A DNA stretch of 13,859 nt from a bacterium (GCA_038127595.1 JAYPIC010000043.1:1-13859); one strand, 5' to 3'; shown: positions 1 through 8,819, numbered from the stretch's first letter. Notes: a model not told the origin generated them from the letters alone. A program made the numbers and translations.

Positions 1-1
1 G

Positions 2-685
2 TATTTTGTTCAAAATCCAACTATTAATATTAAAAATGTTTCCGCAATGATAAATATGGATATGATAGGTAAAATGAGAGACTCTACAGTAATAATTGGA
101 GGTGTTGGGACATCGCCAGTTTTTGAACCTATACTTGATTCGCTATCTATTGATACAGGGTTAAAATTTGAATATGATAAAGCCGGTTATGGCCCAAGTG
201 ATCATGCCAGCTTTTATGCAGAAAACATTCCCGTCCTTTTCTTCTTCACTGGGGACTATGAAAATCTCTACCATTTGCCTGAAGATGATTGGGAAAAAAT
301 AAACGTGCAAGGAGAAAAACAAATTCTTGATGTCATTTATAAGTTAACAATCAAGCTAAGTAGAGAAAACTCAAAACCATTATTTACATTATCTGGTCCC
401 AAAAAACAGAAAAATTCACGCTCGAATCAAAAAGTAAAACTTGGAATAATTCCCTATTACGGCGGAACAATTAAAGGATTAAAAGTCGATAAAATATATG
501 ATCCTAATGGCCCAGCAGCAAAAGCAGGAATAAGGTCTGGCGATATTATTAAATCAATAAACAAGAAACCTGTCAATGACATTTATGAATTTATGAAAAG
601 AATGGATGGAATAGATAAGGGTCAATCAATCTCTGTAGATATAAAACGCAATGGGAAAATAATTATGCTTACAGTAAGGTTTTAA
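2..685 (+). CDS. M28-family metallopeptidase with C-terminal PDZ domain (5'-truncated by window edge)
   Basis: The frame is open from position 2 (YFVQNPTINIKNVSAMINMDMIG), so the ATG at 47 is internal. M28 motifs are INMDMIG, GPSDHASF, IPVLFFFTG and YH.PEDD.EKIN. The PDZ domain shows KLGIIP...GPAAKAGIRSGDIIKSIN...V.IKRNG. Stop TAA at 683-685. Confidence 0.9.
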   Translation, partial: YFVQNPTINIKNVSAMINMDMIGKMRDSTVIIGGVGTSPVFEPILDSLSIDTGLKFEYDKAGYGPSDHASFYAENIPVLFFFTGDYENLYHLPEDDWEKINVQGEKQILDVIYKLTIKLSRENSKPLFTLSGPKKQKNSRSNQKVKLGIIPYYGGTIKGLKVDKIYDPNGPAAKAGIRSGDIIKSINKKPVNDIYEFMKRMDGIDKGQSISVDIKRNGKIIMLTVRF

Positions 686-694
686 AAAGAGACG

Positions 695-1675
695 CTAATC
701 TTTCTTTGATTGAGCATCTCTAAGAGCATCTATAGTCTTTTGCCCTAGCCTGCCATCAACTTCTAGATCATATCCATTCGCATTTAAAATCTTTTGTAAA
801 CCACTGACAGATTTATTATCCAAAGGATTAAAATTTTCGATAACATATTTTAATCTATTTTCAACATCTGAATGGAGATAACTACTTCTCTCTCTAATTT
901 TTTCAGCTAAGCCAAGAACTGCCATAACATAGTTATCAGAATGGTTATACGCCCAAACTGATTTCCAAATATCTCCACCCTCTGCATAGTTTTTACTACC
1001 AGGATTATAACCATTTTTCACAAGGTAATTAGCGATACTTCCTAAAACATCTGGCCAATCATGTGGCCTTCTGACACCATCATCATCAAAGTCAACTGAG
1101 TACCTATTAAAACTAGATGGAATAAATTGTCCAAAACCAAATGCTCCAGCATAAGAGCCCTCAATACTTTGGGGGTCTACATTATCTTTATAACAATACT
1201 CTAAGTATGAAGCTAACTCGTTAGATGCCCATTTAGCCCTTTTTGGCATTTCATGAATTTGAGTATACAAAGAATTAAAAACAGTAAAGCCTTTATAGTG
1301 CCGACCATAATTACTCTCAATGCCTGCTATACTTAAAATGATAAACGGATCCACATCATATTTTTTTGAAACTTGAAATACGAGATCTTTATTTTCACTG
1401 TAAAATTTTACTCCAGCTACAATTCGAGATTCTTTAATAAATAGTTTTTTATATTGTTCCCAGGATTTTTTTTCGTATGGTTTAGCGAATCTTTCTGGAA
1501 TTTCTAGGTGTTTTTCAATGGATGGATTATTAAATATTTCATCAATATAAGAAGTCGGGACAACCTTCTTATTAATTTTTTCTAAAACTAGTTGATATGC
1601 TAAATCATCCGAACGGTTTTCCCCAGCAAAAGTCAAAGATATTATCGTAATTAATGAAAAAAAATTTTGTACCAT
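695..1675 (-). CDS. mltB: Lytic murein transglycosylase, MltB/SLT_2 family, with C-terminal peptidoglycan-binding domain
   Basis: Catalytic GIESNYG, GSYAGAFGFGQFIPSSF, EF-hand-like DFDDDG, SIANYL and YNHSDNYVMAV motifs. C-terminal PG_binding_1-like LQKILNANGYDLEVDGRLGQKTIDAL. N-terminal Sec signal with no lipobox Cys. The symbol denotes the family, not proven orthology. Confidence 0.88.
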   Translation of the reverse strand: MVQNFFSLITIISLTFAGENRSDDLAYQLVLEKINKKVVPTSYIDEIFNNPSIEKHLEIPERFAKPYEKKSWEQYKKLFIKESRIVAGVKFYSENKDLVFQVSKKYDVDPFIILSIAGIESNYGRHYKGFTVFNSLYTQIHEMPKRAKWASNELASYLEYCYKDNVDPQSIEGSYAGAFGFGQFIPSSFNRYSVDFDDDGVRRPHDWPDVLGSIANYLVKNGYNPGSKNYAEGGDIWKSVWAYNHSDNYVMAVLGLAEKIRERSSYLHSDVENRLKYVIENFNPLDNKSVSGLQKILNANGYDLEVDGRLGQKTIDALRDAQSKKD

Positions 1676-1678
1676 ATC

Positions 1679-4600
1679 TTATTTTACGTAAAGAAGTTTA
1701 ATACTATTATCAATATTTTTTGATTTTAATCTACAAAAATAAACACCAGTACTCAGATCGCGACCAGAATCATTTTTCCCATTCCACAAAATAGTATTCA
1801 TTCCGCTATAGAATTTTTGAGATTTAAATGTTCGCACTGTTTCGCCAAGAATGTTAACAATTGATAGATTATAATCATCTGTATTGCCACTTACATTGAA
1901 AACAATTTTAACACGTGAATTAAATGGATTAGGGAAAGCCGAATGCAATAGATAATCAGAAGGGATGTTTTTATCTGATATAAATAACTCTTCAGCAATA
2001 CTATTAAGAGAGCCAGGTGAACCATTCCCGGATGAGAAACCCCAGGCACTAGCATTTTCATTTAGAGAATCAGGGTGAATTAGTTCAAGGGTTGGACCGT
2101 TCCCATCTGGCTCTGTTGGCCAAGGGTAAACATCATCATATTCAACTCTGTCAAGTAATCGATCAGAAAAATCATACAGACTGATTTGCTCACCACTTCC
2201 GCTTAATCCAAAATCAAAAGAACCATATAAATTTTGAACATTAGGGAAAAGCGCTGAAAAAGAAACTGTGTCCTGTACTAAAAGAACGTACTCTCCAGGT
2301 CCTATACTTGAATTTGCTGGGAATGTATATCTATGCTCAGGATCTTCATCCGTAAAATAAAAGCCATCAAGATCAACTACCCGGTCGCCATTATTATAAA
2401 TTTCAACCCAGTCACCAGTATCAAATTGATCAGAGCTATTATAATTGATCTCATTGATAACTAAATTAACAGTATCTCCACCAGCTAGCTCTTCAAACAA
2501 TGCGGTTATCATAGAATTATTTGAAATTTGAACCTTTATTTTTGATGTAGAATCAGGATATTGAGCCCAACCTATAAACCTATATCCTTCTTCAGGAATA
2601 GCTTCTATCTCAATCGGAACACTTGAATAGTAATAACCAGTCCAAGGGTATGATTCGAGCTCGAGTGTATTGACCTTAATATCCCCTCCAAGGCTTGAAA
2701 TGAAAGTCACTAATGCTGGACTAGATAAACTAAAAAAACTTGCTAAATGTTGCCTGGCATAAAGCGATCTGTTATTAGAAAAATTTTCTAATATCTCAAT
2801 GTGATATCCCCAATCTTGAGCTGACCAAGGCCATCTTTCCTGATGAACAGGTATTATATCTTCAATATATGAAGACATATCACCTATTCTTTCATTCAAA
2901 AAACTGGGTTTAAAGACAGTATTAAGTCTATCACAATAAATATTCACAAACCGATCTCTGTAATTCTGATTTTCAAAAAGTTTCCTAAGTAAAAATGTAG
3001 ACCATGGTGGATTTGGCCATTCAGGACCATTAGCCTCTACTGCAAATTGAAGAGTGTTTACATCATAACCTAGCCCCATCCATGGAATACCAAAACCAAA
3101 ATCAGTATCATAGAGTACCCATCGCCATTTACCATCAGTCGATTGAGGCCTCCAATATTTGATATTATTCCCTGGCCAGTCTCTATTATCTATGAATATT
3201 TGAGCAACATTGTAATCAATATGATTATCAATGTCTATCCATTTTGAAAGAGAATCATATACGACAGGGTCCGTCATATTGGCTTGGCTAACGTATTCAA
3301 CTAAAGAATTATAATTATCAATAGATCCTTCATTCGCCCATTGTACCTCAATCAAATCTATTTCATCAGGATCAACTGGGTGGTGAGCAGCAATAAAATG
3401 TTCATTTACTTTTTCTCTAAGATTATATAATCCCCAAAATTCACCATTTAAATACACTAGCATAGGACGGTAAGCTTGGACATCAAGGTCTACATCATGA
3501 AACAGGCTCGTCATAAATCCATCCCTAAGCATTGTGAAATTCCAATCATTACCGGAATTACGCAAAATGAGAGATTGAAAATTTTCAAGATCAAGATTGG
3601 GGAAAAATTTATAATTAAACTCACTGTTCCCGTATTGACCTCTAGCAAACAGTGATAAAGATTTTTGTCCTTGCCCTCTGCTCCATCCTCCAAAAATTTT
3701 AACTCCACCAGGTGAAGAATAATAGGTGTCATCCGTTTCTAAAACTTCAATAAAAATAGGTTTTTCCCAGTCTTCCCAAAAATTTGCTCCAAAATGAGGA
3801 TAATCAGGAGACGCATTTGGCCCCATTTCATAAATTCCAGTATTGTAATCAAAAAAGTTGTCTGGATCAGTTGATAGAAAAATTGTTGGAAAATTACTAT
3901 TCTCATTATCTAAAATAAATGTTCCTGTTTTAATTGGAGATCTAATCCAACCATCTTTAAAACTTGCTGCTTTGATTACTGTGTTTTGTTGAATTACTAT
4001 TGATCCGGTATATAATGGAGAACTTGTTGTGGGATCAGAGCCGTCTAGAGTATAATGGACAGAAACTCCTAGATCATTAGTGCTTACTGATACTATCAAA
4101 GAAGGATCACTATAAAAACCAGATTCATTAGAAAAAACAATGTCGTTTAATATACCTGAAACAGCTTCTTCTCCATTGGGCTCGCCAGGACTAGGGTCTA
4201 AAAACAATCCATAATTTTCACCATTATTAATTCTACCAATAGAAACATCCGATTGAAGTTCACCAGTATGTAAAGAATCAATAATAATACTGTCTAGATC
4301 TGTAATTATAATGGTTTCACCTTCTGAACTAATTTTAAAATTTGTATGAAGAATAGATATTGGTAATTCAATTTCCTCAGCTATGCTTAAAGTATTATCG
4401 GAAGGAGTGTCTCTACCGATTGTGAGGAAAGGAATACAAGAAAGATCAGAAGAATTGCTATTAAAATTATGAACTTGTATTGCTAGTATATTTTGCCCTT
4501 CATTGACCCATGATTCCGTTGAATCAATCCAATACAAAGATGGATCCCCTCCATTTATCATTTCAGCCTCTCTCCATGTTATGGTTCCTTGATTAAATGG

Positions 4601-5209
4601 CGGAGGGCTACCATCAATGTTATCCCGAGCAATCTCATTCCCATTTAGATAAGCAACAAAACCATCATCATAATCAATATGGAAAGCTATCTTTTTTATT
4701 TGTTCAAAATCTGTAATGGAAAACGGTTTCACTAAGAAAACGGATATTGTATTTGAAATTTCCGTGTTATCATCGCCATCACCATAACCAAAACCACTTG
4801 GGCCAATGCTCCAATTACTGGCATTAAAGCCAGGTTGGTTCCAATTTGAGGGGAGCTCTTGAGTCGGAATAAAATAATACCAGGGATCACCTACATCAAT
4901 GACAGTTTCCCATCCCGATATCATATCACTTCGGTCTTTATCTGAAGCCATAATTAATAAAAAACTCTCAGGCTCCAACACTACATTAGGTATTTGCCAT
5001 TTATATAGATCTTCTAAGTCGTCTGATAATCCCCATCCATTTAAAGAAATGTTATTAGGTGTAGGATTATATAGTTCAATCCAATCTGGAGTGTCACCGT
5101 CTTCATCATAATAACTAATTTGATTTGATGATACTATTTCATTCAATTGTATGTTTTGAGAAAAAGCAGATGACACAATAAAAAATAAAAGAACTAGCTT
5201 TTGGTACAT
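1679..5209 (-). CDS. Secreted multidomain CotH-family kinase: lamin-tail domain (LTD) with inserted jelly-roll, Fn3-associated/CHB_HEX_C-like domain, CotH kinase, second LTD, T9SS type-A/FlgD-like CTD
   Basis: Signal peptide aa1-17. LTD motifs LNEIVSSN..DWIELYN and INEINYN..DWVEIYN. Fn3-associated HYTLDGSDPT..S.LY. CotH motifs KIFGGWSR..QKSL, LILRNSGND, VYLNGEFWGLY.LREK, NRDWPGNN and WRWVLYDTDFGFG. CTD FPNPFN..NILGETVRT..WNGKNDSG..STGVYF..KLLYVK. Confidence 0.9.
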   Translation of the reverse strand: MYQKLVLLFFIVSSAFSQNIQLNEIVSSNQISYYDEDGDTPDWIELYNPTPNNISLNGWGLSDDLEDLYKWQIPNVVLEPESFLLIMASDKDRSDMISGWETVIDVGDPWYYFIPTQELPSNWNQPGFNASNWSIGPSGFGYGDGDDNTEISNTISVFLVKPFSITDFEQIKKIAFHIDYDDGFVAYLNGNEIARDNIDGSPPPFNQGTITWREAEMINGGDPSLYWIDSTESWVNEGQNILAIQVHNFNSNSSDLSCIPFLTIGRDTPSDNTLSIAEEIELPISILHTNFKISSEGETIIITDLDSIIIDSLHTGELQSDVSIGRINNGENYGLFLDPSPGEPNGEEAVSGILNDIVFSNESGFYSDPSLIVSVSTNDLGVSVHYTLDGSDPTTSSPLYTGSIVIQQNTVIKAASFKDGWIRSPIKTGTFILDNENSNFPTIFLSTDPDNFFDYNTGIYEMGPNASPDYPHFGANFWEDWEKPIFIEVLETDDTYYSSPGGVKIFGGWSRGQGQKSLSLFARGQYGNSEFNYKFFPNLDLENFQSLILRNSGNDWNFTMLRDGFMTSLFHDVDLDVQAYRPMLVYLNGEFWGLYNLREKVNEHFIAAHHPVDPDEIDLIEVQWANEGSIDNYNSLVEYVSQANMTDPVVYDSLSKWIDIDNHIDYNVAQIFIDNRDWPGNNIKYWRPQSTDGKWRWVLYDTDFGFGIPWMGLGYDVNTLQFAVEANGPEWPNPPWSTFLLRKLFENQNYRDRFVNIYCDRLNTVFKPSFLNERIGDMSSYIEDIIPVHQERWPWSAQDWGYHIEILENFSNNRSLYARQHLASFFSLSSPALVTFISSLGGDIKVNTLELESYPWTGYYYSSVPIEIEAIPEEGYRFIGWAQYPDSTSKIKVQISNNSMITALFEELAGGDTVNLVINEINYNSSDQFDTGDWVEIYNNGDRVVDLDGFYFTDEDPEHRYTFPANSSIGPGEYVLLVQDTVSFSALFPNVQNLYGSFDFGLSGSGEQISLYDFSDRLLDRVEYDDVYPWPTEPDGNGPTLELIHPDSLNENASAWGFSSGNGSPGSLNSIAEELFISDKNIPSDYLLHSAFPNPFNSRVKIVFNVSGNTDDYNLSIVNILGETVRTFKSQKFYSGMNTILWNGKNDSGRDLSTGVYFCRLKSKNIDNSIKLLYVK

Positions 5210-5222
5210 TTGAATTGGCTAC

Positions 5223-7052
5223 CTATTCATACGATAAACCAAACCCGAACTTAAATAATGGATCATAACTACTGTCTCCATAATTAATAGGTATTTGTTT
5301 CATAGACTTAGGCCAAGTCATAGATAGCTTACCTGTGAAATCAAAATCTCCAAAAACAACATCTGATATTCCCAGACCTTCAGTTCCTGGCAGCCAAGCA
5401 GCAATGAATGCGTCACTATCATCCAATACTTCATTAATGATCATTGGGCGACCTGATATTAATATTACAACATATGGCAATTTAGAACGTTTAACTTTTT
5501 CTATTAATGTAATATCTTCATCAGATAGGTGAAGCGAATCTCTATCCCCGACTCCTTCTGAATACGGCTTTTCTCCAATGACAGCTACAATTATATCTGA
5601 ATTTGATAAATACCCTCCATCTTTAGAATAACGAATATTATTGGAGTCACTAACAGCAGATTTAAAAGCATCTAAAATTGTTGTCCCAGGAGTGATGTCG
5701 CCTGAGCCTCCTTGCCAATGGATTGTCCAGCCGCCAGACTGATATCCAATATTATCTGCATGCTCGCCAACTAACGTGATCTTACTGTTGTTTTTTTGCA
5801 AGGGCAAAATCTGGTTATCATTTTTTAATAAGACTAAAGACTTTCGAACACTCTTTCGTGCTAGCTCTCTATGCTTTTTGGAACCCACCACATCCACGTT
5901 CTTTGGTTTTTTAATAGGATTATCAAAAAGTCCAATTTTCTTTTTTATTCTAAGAATTCTTGATACCGCATCATCAATTCTTTCCATGGGTATAGAACCT
6001 TCTTTTACTGATTCTATCGCCAATCTTATAAAATCATCATAAGAATTATCATCCGGGTTGAGACTCCCAGGAACCATATTCATATCGATACCAGCATTAA
6101 TAGATTGAATTATGCAAGTTTTATAATCTTTATCTAATTCATTAATACCAGCCCAATCCGATACAACTATTCCATCAAATCCTAATTCTTTCTTTAAAAC
6201 ATCATTGATTAAATATTTATGGCCATGAAGTTTTTGACCCTTCCAACTATTATATGAGACCATAATGCTTCCAACTCCCATATTAATAGATTCTTTAAAA
6301 GGTTTTATATATTTGCTTCTTAGTACTTCTTCTTCTAATGTTACGTCTCCTCGATCGATCTTGTACCAATTAGTCCCCGTTCCAAATATTGTATTACCAT
6401 CCCCAACAAAATGTTTTGCACAAGCAAGCAAAGAATTTTTATTTAATGTCCTCCCTTGAAAACCTATTGTGGATGCCACTCCAAGCTCAGTTACAATGTC
6501 TGAATCCTCAGAGTAGCTTTCATAGGTCCTACCCCATCTTTCATCTTGAGCTACAGCGACGCAAGGAGCAAACGTCCAATCCAAGCCAGTTGCTTTTACT
6601 TCTTCAGCCGTAGCCGCTGCTATATCTTGAACCAAAGCCTTATCATTCATACAACCAAGGCCAATATTATGCGGAAACATGGTTGCCCCTAAAACATTGT
6701 TATGTCCATGTACAGCATCTATGCCGTATATCAATGGAATTTTAAGTCTAGTCTTAAGAGCCTCCTCTTGGAAACCATTGTATAAATCAACCCATGAGGA
6801 TGGCTGATTTGTTGGAGGGGTCGATCCACCACCGCTCAATATCGAACCTAAAAAATATTTTTTGATATCAGACTTATCAGCTAAATAGCGGTAATCAACT
6901 TGTGTCATTTGGCCAATTTTTTCTTCAAGGGTCATAGATGAAACTAACTCACTTACTTCGCCATCAATAGAACTACATGATATTATATAAAATAAAAAAA
7001 TGGGTATAATTGATTTAGTTATCTTATTACTTAATAAGCATAATTTTTTCAT
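5223..7052 (-). CDS. GH3 beta-glucosidase / beta-glucan exohydrolase (two-domain, barley ExoI-like), probable lipoprotein
   Basis: GH3 motifs MTLEEKIGQMTQ, GIDAVHGHNN, RWGRTYESYSED, KHFVGDG, nucleophile VVSDW, acid/base PYSEGVGD, AWLPGTEG and PLFKFGFGLSY; no C-terminal Fn3 domain. Hydrophobic stretch ends in IISC. Start placed at ATG 7052 because GGAG lies 9 nt upstream; the ORF-track ATG at 7067 is the alternative. Confidence 0.93.
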   Translation of the reverse strand: MKKLCLLSNKITKSIIPIFLFYIISCSSIDGEVSELVSSMTLEEKIGQMTQVDYRYLADKSDIKKYFLGSILSGGGSTPPTNQPSSWVDLYNGFQEEALKTRLKIPLIYGIDAVHGHNNVLGATMFPHNIGLGCMNDKALVQDIAAATAEEVKATGLDWTFAPCVAVAQDERWGRTYESYSEDSDIVTELGVASTIGFQGRTLNKNSLLACAKHFVGDGNTIFGTGTNWYKIDRGDVTLEEEVLRSKYIKPFKESINMGVGSIMVSYNSWKGQKLHGHKYLINDVLKKELGFDGIVVSDWAGINELDKDYKTCIIQSINAGIDMNMVPGSLNPDDNSYDDFIRLAIESVKEGSIPMERIDDAVSRILRIKKKIGLFDNPIKKPKNVDVVGSKKHRELARKSVRKSLVLLKNDNQILPLQKNNSKITLVGEHADNIGYQSGGWTIHWQGGSGDITPGTTILDAFKSAVSDSNNIRYSKDGGYLSNSDIIVAVIGEKPYSEGVGDRDSLHLSDEDITLIEKVKRSKLPYVVILISGRPMIINEVLDDSDAFIAAWLPGTEGLGISDVVFGDFDFTGKLSMTWPKSMKQIPINYGDSSYDPLFKFGFGLSYE

Positions 7053-8817
7053 ACGAGCTTTCTCCATTAATTAGTGAGTGAATCAGATAAACTCCAGATG
7101 AGGCCTTATTTGCATTCCACTGAAAATCTTTTTTGCCTGGTTGTAATTGTCCATTAAATATTGTTTCGATTTTTCTACCACTTATATCAAAAATTTCAAT
7201 AACCACATCACTTCTTATGCTATTTGTCATTGGTATCGAGATAGTATTATTAAATGGGTTTGGGTATGGTTTATGTAATGAAAATTCTCTTGGCACATCT
7301 AGACTAGCTAAAAGTGAGTTTTCTAACATTACTTCGATAGCATTTATAAATGTTCCTGCAGCGGAATAACCAACACCATATATATCAGCTGATAAGTGAA
7401 TATCTAGTATTCCATCCAAAACTTCAATGTTATTGAAATTGATTGTATATAAAGAAAAGGCACTGGCATTATCAAAAACATCTAGCCCCTCGACAACTTG
7501 ATTGCCTTCAAGAAAAATATCAAAAACCCTATCTCCTATATTATCATAATGATTTTCAGAAAAAGATAAGGTCAAAGAATATGTACCTGGCTTTACTCTA
7601 ATTTTATAAAGAGCAACACGATTTAAAGACGACCGATAAATATCGTCATTATCTGTATTTTGAATATCTATAGCATCAGTAACAAATTGAAAATTTCCAG
7701 CAACATGTCCATATTCTTTATCAGATCCCCAAACTTGATCTTGTAAAAATTCTCCAATATGCCCGCCGCCTGTATTTATTTTAATCGTATCCCCTAAAGG
7801 CTGTGGAGTATCAATCCATACAATATTTGTACTAGCAATATTATCGCTGTCATCTTGAGCGTTGAAAATGCCCATAGCTGTCGAGCTCAAATCAAATTGA
7901 TCCATTGTGAGCTGCACTGTCCTTTGATCATCGTACATGAATGCATCAATAAATGAAACTCCTGACAAACTATAATTACTTATATCCACTCCGCTTGATA
8001 TATCGACTTCTTCACTATATCTAACAGTCAAGGTATTTTCATTTTGCCTTGCCCATAATACTTTAGGAGGATTAATGTCAATATAACCAATATCATCTTC
8101 ATTGGTTAAACACAATATAAGATTACCATTTTCAAAAAAAATATTATCATCAATAAATAGAGACTGATTTCCTCCCCATGTATGATCATCGCTTTTTTCC
8201 CATCTGTTATTATCAAATGAATCAAAGTCATCTTTCCAGGAAAATGTAAAATTAGAGTCCGTACCACTATCTCCTTCTCCAGGGGTATATTCTGAGTAAC
8301 TGACATAATCATAATAGGAAAACCTTGGAATTATGTCTGGGTTCCAAGTCCCAACCCAATCTGCGTAGACAGGATTCCATATATTCATCATTATTTTTTG
8401 AGATAAATAAAGAGAATCAACATGAGACCCTGTTTGCCTGTATACTTCAATATCATCAATGAACCAAGCAACATACTCTGGGGTCCATTCAAAGCTATAA
8501 TTGTGAAAGTCTAAATGAGGATTGAAATCTACATAGTGCTGCCTAATGTGTGATGCTTGCCCTCTAGTAATAGTATTAAAATCTACCACATTACTATATA
8601 CGCCAAGAACTTCTACATCTATTTCTGCCCATGGTGTATTGGGGTTATCATCGTTATAAGTAAAAAAAGATGACACTAACCCATCGCCCTGAGCAGGCTT
8701 AAATCGAGCATCAAACCTACCATATAAAAAAGAGTCCACAGTTCTAAGCTCAGCACCTCTGTATTGTCTCGAATGAATTAAATTAAATAATATTGTAATA
8801 ATAAAAATAATCTTCAT
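7027..8817 (-). CDS. GH16 endo-beta-1,3-1,4-glucanase-like enzyme (circularly permuted, Fibrobacter-type) + Ig-like domain + malectin-like domain + T9SS type-A CTD
   Basis: Signal peptide aa1-16. YRGAELRT..YGRFDARFK..G.VSSFFTY, catalytic WAEIDVE (E65/D67/E69) and FHNYSFEWTP. Ig-like D..PPKV..LTVRYSE..NYSL. Malectin-like KINTGG..Y.LTLSFSE..GDRVFDIFLEG..INAIEV. CTD YPNPFN..FDISGRKIET..SSGVY..KIMLIK. Confidence 0.92.
   Translation of the reverse strand: MKIIFIITILFNLIHSRQYRGAELRTVDSFLYGRFDARFKPAQGDGLVSSFFTYNDDNPNTPWAEIDVEVLGVYSNVVDFNTITRGQASHIRQHYVDFNPHLDFHNYSFEWTPEYVAWFIDDIEVYRQTGSHVDSLYLSQKIMMNIWNPVYADWVGTWNPDIIPRFSYYDYVSYSEYTPGEGDSGTDSNFTFSWKDDFDSFDNNRWEKSDDHTWGGNQSLFIDDNIFFENGNLILCLTNEDDIGYIDINPPKVLWARQNENTLTVRYSEEVDISSGVDISNYSLSGVSFIDAFMYDDQRTVQLTMDQFDLSSTAMGIFNAQDDSDNIASTNIVWIDTPQPLGDTIKINTGGGHIGEFLQDQVWGSDKEYGHVAGNFQFVTDAIDIQNTDNDDIYRSSLNRVALYKIRVKPGTYSLTLSFSENHYDNIGDRVFDIFLEGNQVVEGLDVFDNASAFSLYTINFNNIEVLDGILDIHLSADIYGVGYSAAGTFINAIEVMLENSLLASLDVPREFSLHKPYPNPFNNTISIPMTNSIRSDVVIEIFDISGRKIETIFNGQLQPGKKDFQWNANKASSGVYLIHSLINGESSYEKIMLIK
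7035..7064 (-). promoter_or_regulatory. Possible Shine-Dalgarno (GGAG) and start region of the GH3 gene, embedded in the 3' end of the GH16 gene
   Basis: The minus strand reads AATGGAGAAAGCTCGTATGAAAAAA, with GGAG 9 nt before ATG 7052. This gives a 26-nt overlap with the GH16 CDS. Confidence 0.4.
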
Positions 8818-8819
8818 GC

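Noticed and set aside
47..49. ATG 47 as start of the M28 gene (and likewise ATG 13822 for the large protein)
   Set aside because: Both frames remain open to the window edges with family-like sequence upstream, so these are truncated genes, not true starts or pseudogenes.
684..707. Possible bidirectional terminator between the convergent M28 and mltB genes (aaaaagaga-cgctaa-tctttcttt)
   Set aside because: The stem is almost all A-U with one G-C pair, a wobble and a mismatch. It is too weak to call an intrinsic terminator.
1679..5209. Sporulation inference from CotH
   Set aside because: The context is diderm (outer-membrane barrel, T9SS CTDs), and CotH domains are widespread in non-sporulating bacteria.
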